Positions 1 to 9,621 of a stretch of DNA of 11,721 nucleotides are shown here, piece after piece. The position numbers were made by a program, and so were the translations under genes. Source of the DNA: a virus; the UHGV virus genome UHGV-1593293; one strand, 5' to 3'. The stretch's first letter is position 1, and each line of letters opens with the position of its first letter. Under the pieces are notes generated by a model that searched no databases, was not told the DNA's origin, and saw only the letters and a program-made list of their open reading frames with translations.

Positions 1-54
1 AATGGCTTATACCCTACACGGGATAACTTAACTGATATCCCTTTTAACGGATAA
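1..54 (+). CDS. Possible 3' end of an upstream gene (frame 1 open from window edge to TAA at 52-54); would correspond to the orf201 position of P22
   Basis: Frame 1 is open from base 1 to the TAA at 52-54; only 17 codons are visible, so this is positional inference only. Confidence 0.2.
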   Translation, partial: NGLYPTRDNLTDIPFNG

Positions 55-66
55 ACGGAGCCAACA

Positions 67-309
67 ATGGCAGAGATTATTCCCATGACTGAAGAACAGA
101 AATTCCAGTTAGAGATTTACAAACTGGTCATGAACCAGAACGCAGCCGCAGAAGAAGCATTTCAATTCATTGGTACTGACGAGCTGAAGCTTGAGCTATT
201 CAAAATTCACTTCCAGTCAGGTGGCGCTAATTCAGATATCACGACCCGCACTATCGAAGCGGTGCGTAAATCGAAGGAAGCGTTAGACCTGTTCACTACC
301 GGAGCGTAA
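67..309 (+). CDS. Small hypothetical protein (80 aa), same position and length as P22 orf80 upstream of the small terminase gene
   Basis: ATG at 67 preceded by GGAG at 57-60; 80-aa ORF ending TAA 307-309; P22 has an 80-codon ORF immediately upstream of gene 3 (recalled from the P22 genome annotation). Confidence 0.6.
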   Translation: MAEIIPMTEEQKFQLEIYKLVMNQNAAAEEAFQFIGTDELKLELFKIHFQSGGANSDITTRTIEAVRKSKEALDLFTTGA

Positions 310-311
310 AC

Positions 312-383
312 ATGGCAACTCAAGGTTTCGACAACCCATCCAAATTCCGCGATGAATGGGATAAGCAAGCAGAAGGGAAATAA
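312..383 (+). CDS. Candidate 23-codon mini-ORF ([23 protein letters not shown]) filling the orf80-terS gap
   Basis: ATG 312-314 lies 7 nt after GGAG at 301-304; TAA at 381-383, 5 nt before the terS ATG. Too short to support by composition; spacing and SD only. Confidence 0.25.
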   Translation: MATQGFDNPSKFRDEWDKQAEGK

Positions 384-388
384 TCAAT

Positions 389-877
389 ATGGCAGCACCA
401 AAGGGCAACCGATTTTGGGAGGCCCGCAGTAGTCATGGGCGAAATCCTAAATTCGAATCGCCTGAGGCGCTGTGGGCTGCTTGTTGTGAATACTTCGAGT
501 GGGTGGAAGCTAACCCGCTATGGGAGATGAAGGCGTTCTCGTATCAGGGTGAAGTGATACAAGAGCCTATCGCCAAGATGCGAGCGATGACCATTACCGG
601 CCTCACTCTGTTCATTGATGTGACGCTTGAAACATGGCGCACATATCGCCTGCGAGAAGATTTATCTGAAGTCGTTACGCGAGCAGAACAGGTCATCTAC
701 GACCAGAAATTCTCTGGCGCAGCCGCTGACCTTCTCAACGCTAACATCATCGCCCGTGATTTGGGCCTCAAAGAGCAGTCGCAAGTTGAAGACGTGACAC
801 CTGATAAGGGAGATCGCGATAAGCGACGCTCTCGTATCAAGGAGCTATTCAACCGTGGAACTGGACGCGATTCTTGA
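389..877 (+). CDS. terS: Terminase small subunit (P22 gp3-type, 162 aa)
   Basis: 162-aa ORF whose sequence ([29 protein letters not shown]...) I recognise as P22 gp3; same length as P22 gp3; contains the pac-like sequence; lies directly upstream of terL. Confidence 0.93.
   Translation: MAAPKGNRFWEARSSHGRNPKFESPEALWAACCEYFEWVEANPLWEMKAFSYQGEVIQEPIAKMRAMTITGLTLFIDVTLETWRTYRLREDLSEVVTRAEQVIYDQKFSGAAADLLNANIIARDLGLKEQSQVEDVTPDKGDRDKRRSRIKELFNRGTGRDS
657..678 (+). other. Candidate pac site (P22-type packaging initiation sequence) embedded in terS
   Basis: Sequence AAGATTTATCTGAAGTCGTTAC inside terS matches my recollection of the 22-bp P22 pac site, which lies within gene 3; exact boundaries are from memory. 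Confidence 0.55.
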
Positions 878-2354
878 TAACCTGAGCGACGAAGAGCAAA
901 TCGAATTGCTCGAGCTACTCGAAGAAGAAGAGAACTACAGGAACACACACCTGCTATATGAATTTACGCCATACAGCAAACAGCGTGAGTTCATCGACGC
1001 CGGGCATGACTATCCAGAGCGCTGTTTTATGGCTGGTAACCAGCTTGGTAAGTCATTTACTGGGGCTGCTGAAGTCGCGTTTCACCTTACCGGGCGTTAT
1101 CCGGGAACAAAAGGCTATCCGGCTGATGGTAAATATGGTGGGGAGTGGAAAGGTAAGCGTTTCTATGAGCCTGTTGTCTTCTGGATTGGCGGCGAGACAA
1201 ACGAGACTGTAACCAAAACGACTCAACGCATCCTGTGTGGTCGTATCGAAGAGAATGATGAGCCAGGCTACGGTTCCATACCTAAAGAAGACATCATTAG
1301 CTGGAAGAAGTCTCCTTTCTTTCCGAACCTTGTTGATCATCTTCTGGTTAAGCATCACACGGCTGATGGCGTTGAAGATGGCATTTCAATCTGCTACTTC
1401 AAACCATACTCGCAAGGCCGCGCTCGCTGGCAGGGTGACACAATCCACGGCGTGTGGTTTGACGAAGAGCCACCATACAGCATTTATGGCGAAGGTCTTA
1501 CCCGTACCAACAAATACGGGCAATTCTCAATTCTGACGTTTACCCCGCTGATGGGGATGTCTGACGTTGTTACCAAGTTCCTGAAGAATCCCAGCAAGTC
1601 GCAGAAAGTGCTCAACATGACCATCTATGACGCTGAGCACTACACCGACGAGCAGAAAGAGCAAATCATCGCATCCTATCCTGAGCATGAGAGAGAGGCG
1701 CGTGCTCGCGGTATTCCTACGATGGGTAGTGGTCGAATCTTCCAGATACCGGAAGAGACGATTAAGTGTCAGCCGTTCGAGTGTCCTGATCACTTCTACG
1801 TAATTGGCGGGATGGATTTTGGATGGGATCACCCGCAGGCGCAGGTTCAGCTTTGGTGGGATAAGGACGCAGACACAATCTACGTTTCACGCGTGTGGAA
1901 GGCGAAAGAAAAAACAGCCGTTCAGGCATGGGGATCTGTTAAATCATGGGCGCATAAAGTGCCAACCGCATGGCCTCATGACGGAAACCAGCACGAGAAG
2001 GGCGGCGGTGAGCAGCTCAAAGGGCAGTATGCAGATGCTGGTTTTATGATGTTGCAGGAGCATGCGACATGGCCTGATGGCGGTAATGCTGTGGAGCCTG
2101 GCATCACTGAATTGCGCGACATGATGCTCGATGGTCGCTTCAAAGTATTCAACACCTGTGAGCCATTCTTTGAGGAGTTCCGCCTCTATCACCGTGATGA
2201 AAACGGGAAAATCGTCAAGCTTAACGACGACGTTCTCTCAGCCGTTCGCTATGCATACATGATGCGCCGCTTCGCCAAAATGATGCGCGACATCAAAAAA
2301 CCAAAAGAGAAAAAGATACCAGCCCCAATCAGGCCCATCGCACGGAGAACTTAA
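855..2354 (+). CDS. terL: Terminase large subunit (P22 gp2-type, 499 aa), GTG start overlapping terS 3' end by 23 nt
   Basis: 499-aa ORF, same length as P22 gp2 and very similar to its recalled sequence ([30 protein letters not shown]...); AAGGAG at 839-844 upstream of GTG 855; ends TAA 2352-2354. Confidence 0.93.
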   Translation: MELDAILDNLSDEEQIELLELLEEEENYRNTHLLYEFTPYSKQREFIDAGHDYPERCFMAGNQLGKSFTGAAEVAFHLTGRYPGTKGYPADGKYGGEWKGKRFYEPVVFWIGGETNETVTKTTQRILCGRIEENDEPGYGSIPKEDIISWKKSPFFPNLVDHLLVKHHTADGVEDGISICYFKPYSQGRARWQGDTIHGVWFDEEPPYSIYGEGLTRTNKYGQFSILTFTPLMGMSDVVTKFLKNPSKSQKVLNMTIYDAEHYTDEQKEQIIASYPEHEREARARGIPTMGSGRIFQIPEETIKCQPFECPDHFYVIGGMDFGWDHPQAQVQLWWDKDADTIYVSRVWKAKEKTAVQAWGSVKSWAHKVPTAWPHDGNQHEKGGGEQLKGQYADAGFMMLQEHATWPDGGNAVEPGITELRDMMLDGRFKVFNTCEPFFEEFRLYHRDENGKIVKLNDDVLSAVRYAYMMRRFAKMMRDIKKPKEKKIPAPIRPIARRT

Positions 2355-4520
2355 ATGGCCGACGAAAACAGACTCAATTCCATTCTGTGTAAGTTTGACG
2401 CGGACTGGATGGCGAGCGATGAAGCCAGAACCGAGGCGACAAATGACCTGTATTTTAGCCGAGTGTCGCAATGGGATGACTGGCTATCAAACTACACTAC
2501 CCTGCAATATCGCGGACAATTCGATGTTGTTCGCCCGGTGGTCAGGAAACTGGTAGCAGAGATGCGCCGGAACCCTATCGACGTTCTCTTCCGACCCAAA
2601 GACGGCGCTAATCCTGATGCTGCCGATGTGTTGATGGGAATGTATCGTACTGATATGCGCCATAACACGGCAAAGATTGCCGTTAACGTTGGCGTTCGTG
2701 AGCAGATAGAGTCCGGCGTTGGTGCATGGCGTCTGGTCACCCAGTACGAAGACAACGACCCAACAAGCAACAATCAGGTAATCCGACGCCTTCCAATCCA
2801 TGAAGCCTGCTCACACGTCATATGGGACGCCAGCAGCAAGCAGATGGATAAGAGCGACGCTAAGCACTGCACGGTGATTAACGCCTTGTCACGCAATGGC
2901 TGGAAAGAGTTCGCAGAGGATTACGGTATTGATCCGGACACCTTGCCATCTTTCCAGAATCCGAACGATAAATGGCTGTTTCCGTGGGTATCGAATGATG
3001 TCGTCTACGTCGCTGAGTATTACGAGGTCGAAGAGAAGAAAGAGAAAGTCTTCATCTACCGCGACCCGCTGACAGGTGAGCCGGTCAGCTATTTCCAGCA
3101 GGATATCAAAGACGTCATCGACGACCTGGCTAATCGTGGATTCATTAAGGTAGCAGAGCGTAAGGTCAAGCGTCGGCGTGTGTATAAGTCGATCATCACA
3201 TGCACACAGATACTGAAAGACCGCGAGAAGATAGCCGGAGAGCATATTCCAATCGTTCCAGTGTATGGCGAATGGTCCTTCGCTGGTGACAAGGAGTGCT
3301 ACGAAGGAGTGGTAAGGCTGACGAAAGACGGTCAGCGCCTTCGTAACATGATCATGTCATTCAACGCCGATATTGTTGCTCGTTCACCGAAGAAGAAACC
3401 GACCTTCTTCCCTGAGCAAATCGAAGGCTACGAATACATGTACGGTGGAAATGATGACTATCCGTACTATCTGCAGAACATGACCGATGAAAACGGTAAC
3501 GACCTGCCGATTGGTCCAATCTCCTACATGGAAAACCCTGAAGTGCCGCAAGCCAACGCTTACATGCTTGAGGCTGCCACCAACGCAGTGAAAGAGGTGG
3601 CTAGTCTTGGCGTGGATGCGCAGGCAGCAAACTCTCAGGTCGCTTTCGATACCGTCAATCAACTGAACATGCGGGCAGACCTTGAGACATACGTGTTTCA
3701 GGATAACCTGGCTACCGCAATGCGACGTGATGGCGAGATTTATGCCTCAATGGTCAACGATATTTATGACGTTCCTCGTCATGTAACGCTGACACTTGAA
3801 GATGGTAGCGAGAAAGACGTTCAACTATACGCGCAAGTTGTATATTACCAGTCCGGTAATGTGGTCACACTCAACGACATTCGCGGTCGCTATGAGTGCT
3901 ATACAGACGTTGGACCATCCTTCCAGAGTATGAAGGAACAGAACCGCGCAGAGATTCAGGAGTTGCTCACCAAGGTTCCGCAAGGTACTCCAGAGTTCCA
4001 GATGCTGATGCTGCAATACTTCACGCTGCTTGACGGTAAAGGCGTCGAGATGATGCGAGAGTACGCGAACAAGCAACTGGTGATGATGGGGCTGAAGAAA
4101 CCAGAAACACCTGAAGAGATGGAGATGGTACAGCAGGCTCAACAGCAGCCGCAGCAGCCATCAGCAGAGCAAATTCAGGCGCAGGGTATCCTTCTGCAAG
4201 GTCAGGCTGAATTGCTCAAGGCAGAGAACCAACAGGCGCAGATTCAGGTTGAAGCCGCCAAGGTTGAAGCCCAAAACCAACTCAACGCCGCGAAGATTGC
4301 GGAAATCTTCAACAATATGGACCTCGACAAGCAGGCAGAACTGCGTGAGTACCTCAAGCTCGTAGGTCAATTCCAGCAACAGCGCAGCAAAGATGCTCGC
4401 GCTAACGCTGAGCTGCTTCTTAAAGATGCAGACCAGACTCATTCACAACGCATGGATTTCGCGAATCTTATGCGTCAAGTTCAAATCCCCTCCGGCGGAG
4501 TAGCCGAGACACCTCAATAA
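2355..4520 (+). CDS. 1: Portal protein (P22 gp1-type, 721 aa) with long Gln/Ala-rich C-terminal helical region
   Basis: 721-aa ORF starting immediately after the terL stop; N-terminus ([18 protein letters not shown]...[10 protein letters not shown]...) and C-terminus (...[10 protein letters not shown]...SGGVAETPQ) match recalled P22 portal; P22 portal is 725 aa. Confidence 0.93.
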   Translation: MADENRLNSILCKFDADWMASDEARTEATNDLYFSRVSQWDDWLSNYTTLQYRGQFDVVRPVVRKLVAEMRRNPIDVLFRPKDGANPDAADVLMGMYRTDMRHNTAKIAVNVGVREQIESGVGAWRLVTQYEDNDPTSNNQVIRRLPIHEACSHVIWDASSKQMDKSDAKHCTVINALSRNGWKEFAEDYGIDPDTLPSFQNPNDKWLFPWVSNDVVYVAEYYEVEEKKEKVFIYRDPLTGEPVSYFQQDIKDVIDDLANRGFIKVAERKVKRRRVYKSIITCTQILKDREKIAGEHIPIVPVYGEWSFAGDKECYEGVVRLTKDGQRLRNMIMSFNADIVARSPKKKPTFFPEQIEGYEYMYGGNDDYPYYLQNMTDENGNDLPIGPISYMENPEVPQANAYMLEAATNAVKEVASLGVDAQAANSQVAFDTVNQLNMRADLETYVFQDNLATAMRRDGEIYASMVNDIYDVPRHVTLTLEDGSEKDVQLYAQVVYYQSGNVVTLNDIRGRYECYTDVGPSFQSMKEQNRAEIQELLTKVPQGTPEFQMLMLQYFTLLDGKGVEMMREYANKQLVMMGLKKPETPEEMEMVQQAQQQPQQPSAEQIQAQGILLQGQAELLKAENQQAQIQVEAAKVEAQNQLNAAKIAEIFNNMDLDKQAELREYLKLVGQFQQQRSKDARANAELLLKDADQTHSQRMDFANLMRQVQIPSGGVAETPQ

Positions 4521-4533
4521 GAGAGAGTTAACC

Positions 4534-5445
4534 ATGGACCAAACCACCGACATTCAGGCTTCTGAAGAATTAACCCTGCCCGGCAATCATGCAGCGGCAT
4601 CTGCTGATGGCTTAGTTGTCGATAATGCCAACGACATCGCAGGTCAGGAAGAAGGCTTCGAGATTGTCCTGAAAGACGATGAGAAACCAAAACAAGACCC
4701 GGCAACTAATGCTGAATTTGCCCGTCGCCGCATCGAACGCAAACGCCAGCGTGAGCTTGAGCAGCAGATGGAAGCGGTTAAGCGTGGAGAGTTGCCGGAG
4801 CACCTGCGGGTGAACCCTGAGTTACCAAAACAACCAGACCCTAACGATTATCTTTCCGAAGACGCACTGGCTAAGTACGACTATGACCAGAGCCGAGCAC
4901 TGGCTGCCTTCCAGCAGGCAAACAGTGAATGGCAGATCAAGGCTATGGACGCACGAAGCCAGGCTGTCGCCGAGCAGGGGCGCAAAACTCAGGAGTTCAC
5001 CCAGCAATCAGCGCAATACGTCGAGGCAGCCCGTAAGCACTACGACGCAGCGGAAAAGCTCAATATCCCTGACTATCAGGAGAAAGAGGATGCATTCATG
5101 CAACTGGTGCCGCCAGCAGTCGGTGCCGACATCATGCGCCTCTTCCCGGAGAAATCCGCTGCTCTCATGTATCACCTTGGTGCTAATCCTGAGAAAACAC
5201 GCCAGTTGCTGGCGATGGACGGGCAATCCGCGCTGATTGAACTCACTCGACTGTCAGAACGTTTAACTCTCAAGCCTCGAGCCAAGCCTGTTTCAGAAGC
5301 CCCGTTACCTGATGAACCCATTCAGGGACACGCTGTTGCTGCAAATATCTCTGCGATTGAAAAGCAGATGGAAGCGGCAGCAAACAAAGGGGATGTAGAG
5401 ACATACCGCAAGCTCAAGGCGCAACTGAATAAAGGAATTCGATAA
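4534..5445 (+). CDS. 8: Scaffolding protein (P22 gp8-type, 303 aa)
   Basis: 303-aa ORF, same length as P22 gp8; acidic, helical, Ala/Glu/Gln/Lys-rich composition; sits between portal and coat; stop overlaps coat start (TAATG). Confidence 0.9.
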   Translation: MDQTTDIQASEELTLPGNHAAASADGLVVDNANDIAGQEEGFEIVLKDDEKPKQDPATNAEFARRRIERKRQRELEQQMEAVKRGELPEHLRVNPELPKQPDPNDYLSEDALAKYDYDQSRALAAFQQANSEWQIKAMDARSQAVAEQGRKTQEFTQQSAQYVEAARKHYDAAEKLNIPDYQEKEDAFMQLVPPAVGADIMRLFPEKSAALMYHLGANPEKTRQLLAMDGQSALIELTRLSERLTLKPRAKPVSEAPLPDEPIQGHAVAANISAIEKQMEAAANKGDVETYRKLKAQLNKGIR

Positions 5446-6746
5446 TGGCATTAAAAGAAGGGCAGTTAGTTACTTACGCTATCGATGAAATCATCGAAAC
5501 CGTCCAGAACCTGACGCCAATGGCGTCCAAAGTGACAAAATACACCCCTCCGGCAGAATCCATGCAGCGTTCAAGCAACACCGTGTGGATGCCTGTTGAG
5601 CAGGAAGCGCCAACTCAGACTGGCTGGGATTTAACTGGCAAGGCAAGCGGGATTCTGGAACTCTCCGTGAAATGCAACATGGGCGATCCGGATAACGATT
5701 TCTTCGAGCTTCGTGCAGATGACCTGCGTGATGAGCGTTCTTACCGTCGCCGCATCCAGGCATCCGCCAGAAAACTGGCGAATAACATTGAGTCAGCGAT
5801 TGCCAAACAGGCAACTGAAATGGGCTCGCTTGTTGTTCACGATACCCGCGCAATTGGTCCATCATCTACTGACCTGTCTGGCTGGGATTTTGTGTCTGAT
5901 GCAGAGCGCCTGATGTTCTCCCGTGAGCTAAACCGCGATATGGGCATCAGTTACTTCATGAACCCTGACGATTACCGCAAATCAGGCCGCAACCTGGTAG
6001 ATGGTGACATCTTTGGTCGCGTTCCTGAAGAAGCGTATCGTAACGGTACTATTCAGCGTCAGATTGCTGGCTTTGATGAAATTCTTCGCTCACCGAAACT
6101 TCCGGCAGTTACCAAGTCAACCGCTACTGATGTAACTGTGACTGGAGTGCATAAGTTTAAGCCGCAGGCATACACCCTTGATACCGATGGTAACAAAGAG
6201 AACGTCGACAACCGTGTTGCAACGGTGACCGTATCCTCCACCGCCGGATTTAATCGCGGCGACAAAATCAGCTTCACTGGTGTGAAATTTCTGTCTCAGA
6301 TGGCGAAGAACGTGCTGACTGATGATGCGACTTTCTCAATCACCCGTGTGATCGATAGTACTCACATCGAAATCACGCCGAAGCCGATTGCACTGGATGA
6401 CGAGTCACTGACAAAAGAAGAGAAGGCTTACGCTAATGTAAACACCTCTCTTGCTGCGAGCGCTACGGTAAACGTTCTGAATGTGGCAACAACCACCGCT
6501 AACGTGTTCTGGGCTGATGACTCAATCCGCCTGCTGTCTCAGCCGATCCCGGTAACCCATGAACTGTTTGCTGGTATGAAAACGTCTTCCTTCAGCATTC
6601 CTGGCATTGGTGTTAACGGCATCTTCGCAACGCAGGGTGATATCAACACTCTGTCTGGCAAGTGCCGTATTGCTGTGTGGTATTCAGCATGTGCTGTACG
6701 ACCAGAGGCAATTGGTGTTGGTCTGCCTAACCAGACTGCGCGATAA
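5445..6746 (+). CDS. 5: Major capsid (coat) protein (P22 gp5-type, 433 aa)
   Basis: 433-aa ORF (P22 coat 430 aa) directly after scaffold with ATG overlapping the scaffold stop; followed by a strong terminator, as expected for the most highly expressed structural gene. Confidence 0.9.
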   Translation: MALKEGQLVTYAIDEIIETVQNLTPMASKVTKYTPPAESMQRSSNTVWMPVEQEAPTQTGWDLTGKASGILELSVKCNMGDPDNDFFELRADDLRDERSYRRRIQASARKLANNIESAIAKQATEMGSLVVHDTRAIGPSSTDLSGWDFVSDAERLMFSRELNRDMGISYFMNPDDYRKSGRNLVDGDIFGRVPEEAYRNGTIQRQIAGFDEILRSPKLPAVTKSTATDVTVTGVHKFKPQAYTLDTDGNKENVDNRVATVTVSSTAGFNRGDKISFTGVKFLSQMAKNVLTDDATFSITRVIDSTHIEITPKPIALDDESLTKEEKAYANVNTSLAASATVNVLNVATTTANVFWADDSIRLLSQPIPVTHELFAGMKTSSFSIPGIGVNGIFATQGDINTLSGKCRIAVWYSACAVRPEAIGVGLPNQTAR

Positions 6747-6750
6747 CCAG

Positions 6751-6775
6751 AGGGAGCTTCGGCTCCCTTTTTTAT
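6751..6775 (+). terminator. Rho-independent terminator downstream of coat gene
   Basis: AGGGAGC-TTCG-GCTCCCT perfect 7-bp GC-rich stem with a TTCG tetraloop (6751-6768), followed by T-run TTTTTTAT; starts 5 nt after the coat stop codon. Confidence 0.8.
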
Positions 6776-6787
6776 CTGGAGACAAGC

Positions 6788-7024
6788 ATGACACACATGA
6801 TCTTTCGTCATGGAGACATGAAGAAATGGAAAGGCGTTGGATACGACTTTGAAATCGTGAAAGCCGAAGAGCTTCAGGAATATCTGGATGCTGGTTGGTT
6901 TTCACATCCTGATGACCTTTTGAAGGATGTTGCAGAGCCAGAGCCAGAGCCAGAAGAAAAACAGCGTAAAAAGCCTGGTCGAAAACCTAAGGCGGCAGCA
7001 GATGAACCTGACAACGAAGGGTGA
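6788..7024 (+). CDS. Small hypothetical protein (78 aa) in the P22 orf69 position between coat gene and gene 4; acidic EPEPEP stretch followed by basic KKPGRKPK tail
   Basis: ATG 6788 lies 8 nt after GGAG at 6777-6780; 78-aa ORF; 3' end overlaps the gene 4 start by 23 nt; P22 carries a small ORF (orf69) at this position as I recall. Confidence 0.5.
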   Translation: MTHMIFRHGDMKKWKGVGYDFEIVKAEELQEYLDAGWFSHPDDLLKDVAEPEPEPEEKQRKKPGRKPKAAADEPDNEG

Positions 7025-7502
7025 TTTAGTTCTTGCGGCATTACGTAAGCTCGGTGTGGCATCAAATGCCACGTTAACCGATGTCGAACCGCAGTCTATG
7101 GAAGACGGCGTTAACGACCTTGAAATGATGATGGCTGAATGGCTTGGCGGTGATGCGTCACCAGGTATCAACGTTGGCTACATTTTCGCTGATGCAGATG
7201 TCGCTCCAGATCCTGGCGATGAACACGGTTTATCAAATAACGCTATCAATGCCGTCATTTTCAACCTTGCCTGCCGCATTGCTCCGGATTATGCGCTGGA
7301 AGCGTCTGCAAAACTTATAACCACTGCCAGATACGGGAAAGAGAGACTCGTCAAACTGTCTGCAATGGATAGGGCAAAAGCCGCTAAATGTAAGTCCGGT
7401 TATCCAAACCGTATGCCTGTTGGTAGTGGTAACCAGTTGGCGAAGTGGAATGGTTGGAATTACTTCCACCGAAAGGAACCTTGCGATAACGGGAGCGAAT
7501 AA
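7002..7502 (+). CDS. 4: Portal-associated head-completion / tail accessory protein (P22 gp4-type, 166 aa)
   Basis: The ORF track gives 6927-7502, but the ATG at 7002 yields 166 aa (P22 gp4 length) beginning [21 protein letters not shown]..., which resembles recalled gp4; AAGG upstream at 6989-6992; stop overlaps gene 10 start (TAATG). Confidence 0.8.
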   Translation: MNLTTKGDLVLAALRKLGVASNATLTDVEPQSMEDGVNDLEMMMAEWLGGDASPGINVGYIFADADVAPDPGDEHGLSNNAINAVIFNLACRIAPDYALEASAKLITTARYGKERLVKLSAMDRAKAAKCKSGYPNRMPVGSGNQLAKWNGWNYFHRKEPCDNGSE

Positions 7503-8920
7503 TGCCTATTCAGCAACTTCCGCTTATGAAAGGTGTCGGCAAAGACTTTCGAAACGCCGACTATATCGACTATCTGCCAGTGAATATGCTGGCTACACCC
7601 AAAGAAATCCTCAACAGCAGCGGATATCTTCGCTCATTCCCGGGCATTGCCAAACGTTCTGATGTGAACGGTGTATCTCGAGGCGTCGAGTACAACATGG
7701 CGCAGAATGCTGTTTATCGTGTGTGTGGTGGCAAGCTGTACAAAGGAGAAAGTGAAGTCGGTGACGTTGCCGGAAGTGGTCGCGTATCAATGGCGCATGG
7801 TCGGACATCACAGGCAGTAGGCGTTAATGGTCAACTGGTCGAGTATCGCTATGATGGCACGGTTAAAACCGTCTCAAACTGGCCTACAGACAGCGGATTC
7901 ACGCAGTATGAGTTAGGTTCGGTCCGTGACATTACGCGCTTACGTGGGCGTTATGCGTGGTCAAAAGACGGTACTGATTCATGGTTTATCACTGACCTTG
8001 AAGACGAATCGCATCCTGACCGCTACAGCGCACAATATCGTGCCGAGTCGCAGCCTGACGGCATCATCGGAATCGGAACATGGCGAGACTTCATCGTCTG
8101 CTTTGGTTCATCGACGATTGAGTATTTTTCCCTGACTGGTGCAACCACCGTTGGTGCTGCTTTGTATGTCGCCCAGCCATCGCTGATGGTGCAGAAAGGT
8201 ATTGCCGGGACTTACTGCAAAACGCCGTTTGCTGATTCCTATGCGTTCATCAGCAATCCGGCAACGGGTGCGCCGTCTGTATACATCATCGGCTCCGGTC
8301 AGGTGTCACCAATCGCCAGCGCGAGCATTGAGAAAATCCTCCGCTCCTACACTGCTGATGAACTGGCTGATGGCGTGATGGAATCGTTGCGGTTTGATGC
8401 TCATGAGTTGCTGATTATCCATCTTACGCGTCACGTCCTCGTGTACGACGCATCTTCAAGCGCCAATGGCCCGCAATGGTGTGTGCTGAAAACAGGCCTG
8501 TATGACGATGTGTACCGCGCTATCGACTTCATTTTCGAAGGCAATCAGATAACGTGCGGCGATAAGCTGGAATCTGTTACCGGGAAATTGCAGTTCGATA
8601 TCAGCAGCCAGTACGACAAGCAGCAGGAACACCTGCTGTTTACTCCGTTGTTCAAAGCGGATAACGCCAGAGTGTTTGACTTTGAGGTTGAATCGTCAAC
8701 TGGCGTTGCGCAGTACGCCGACCGCCTTTTTCTCTCTGCAACCACTGACGGCATCAATTACGGTCGTGAGCAGATGATTGAGCAGAATGAACCGTTCGTT
8801 TACGACAAGCGTGTTTTGTGGAAGCGTGTCGGGCGAATAAGGAAAAATGTCGGCTTCAAATTGCGCGTTATCACAAAGTCACCTGTCACTCTGTCTGGCT
8901 GCCAGATAAGGATTGAGTAA
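7502..8920 (+). CDS. 10: Tail hub / head-completion protein (P22 gp10-type, 472 aa)
   Basis: 472-aa ORF, identical in length to P22 gp10 and at the expected position after gene 4; start overlaps gene 4 stop and its own stop overlaps the gene 26 start. Confidence 0.85.
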   Translation: MPIQQLPLMKGVGKDFRNADYIDYLPVNMLATPKEILNSSGYLRSFPGIAKRSDVNGVSRGVEYNMAQNAVYRVCGGKLYKGESEVGDVAGSGRVSMAHGRTSQAVGVNGQLVEYRYDGTVKTVSNWPTDSGFTQYELGSVRDITRLRGRYAWSKDGTDSWFITDLEDESHPDRYSAQYRAESQPDGIIGIGTWRDFIVCFGSSTIEYFSLTGATTVGAALYVAQPSLMVQKGIAGTYCKTPFADSYAFISNPATGAPSVYIIGSGQVSPIASASIEKILRSYTADELADGVMESLRFDAHELLIIHLTRHVLVYDASSSANGPQWCVLKTGLYDDVYRAIDFIFEGNQITCGDKLESVTGKLQFDISSQYDKQQEHLLFTPLFKADNARVFDFEVESSTGVAQYADRLFLSATTDGINYGREQMIEQNEPFVYDKRVLWKRVGRIRKNVGFKLRVITKSPVTLSGCQIRIE

Positions 8921-9621
8921 TGGCTGATTCGAATCTCAACACCCCTGTTATTGTGCAGGCGACGCGGCTCGATACATCAATCCTTCCACGCAATATATTC
9001 AGCCAGTCTTACCTGCTGTATGTCATTAATCAGGGGGCTGATGTCGGCGCAATTGCCGGGAAGGCAAATCAGGCTGGTCAGGGCGCTTACGATGCTCAGG
9101 TGAAAAACGATGAACAGGATGTCGAACTGGCTGACCACGATGCAAGAATCACCGCAAACACAAAAGCGATAAATCTCCTTGAGGTCAGGTTAACAACCGC
9201 CGAAGGGAAGATAGTCGTACTGCGTAGCGATGTTGATTACTTGCTGGATGAAGTTATCGATATTCAGGCGCATCTGGTCACTGTTGACAAAAGACTGGAT
9301 GACGTAGAAAACGATGTCTCTGGCATTAAGAGTGATTACGTATCGAAAACCGTAACCAAATTGCAGTCTCTTGCGTCACCGCTGGATGTAAAAACATCAT
9401 ATTCAGTTGATGGAATTCAGGTTGTTGGAGCAAGAAATACCGGATGGACTGCAGCCACAGGTACACCTCTTCTTGGCTCATTCAACGCTAACCAGTCATA
9501 CACGGTCGGCACTACGTACACACAATCCGAAGTCGCGGCTCTCGCTACAGGTTTGCAGCAGGCGCGGCAGCGTATTCTGGCGCTTGAAACGGCACTTAGA
9601 TTACATGGGCTGATTGACTGA
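8920..9621 (+). CDS. 26: Tail needle / plug protein (P22 gp26-type, 233 aa), trimeric coiled-coil fibre
   Basis: 233 aa, same as P22 gp26; N-terminus ([25 protein letters not shown]...[48 protein letters not shown]) and C-terminus (...[35 protein letters not shown]) match recalled gp26. Confidence 0.9.
   Translation: MADSNLNTPVIVQATRLDTSILPRNIFSQSYLLYVINQGADVGAIAGKANQAGQGAYDAQVKNDEQDVELADHDARITANTKAINLLEVRLTTAEGKIVVLRSDVDYLLDEVIDIQAHLVTVDKRLDDVENDVSGIKSDYVSKTVTKLQSLASPLDVKTSYSVDGIQVVGARNTGWTAATGTPLLGSFNANQSYTVGTTYTQSEVAALATGLQQARQRILALETALRLHGLID

Noticed and set aside
1053-4442. Multiple minus-strand and alternate-frame ORFs of 60-120 aa inside terL and portal (e.g. 1053-1358, 2889-3245, 3825-4142, 4161-4442)
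   Set aside because: All are embedded in long, recognisable + strand genes; their compositions (Leu/Arg/Cys/His-rich) are typical of out-of-frame artefacts.
4883-5236. 117-aa + strand alternate-frame ORF inside the scaffold gene
   Set aside because: Out-of-frame overlap with gp8, Arg/Ser-rich composition and no SD; most likely an artefact.
6927-7502. Longer 191-aa version of the gene 4 ORF starting at ATG 6927
   Set aside because: The ATG at 6927 has no properly spaced SD and would lie inside the upstream small ORF. The ATG at 7002 gives the 166-aa length expected for gp4 and a recognisable N-terminus.
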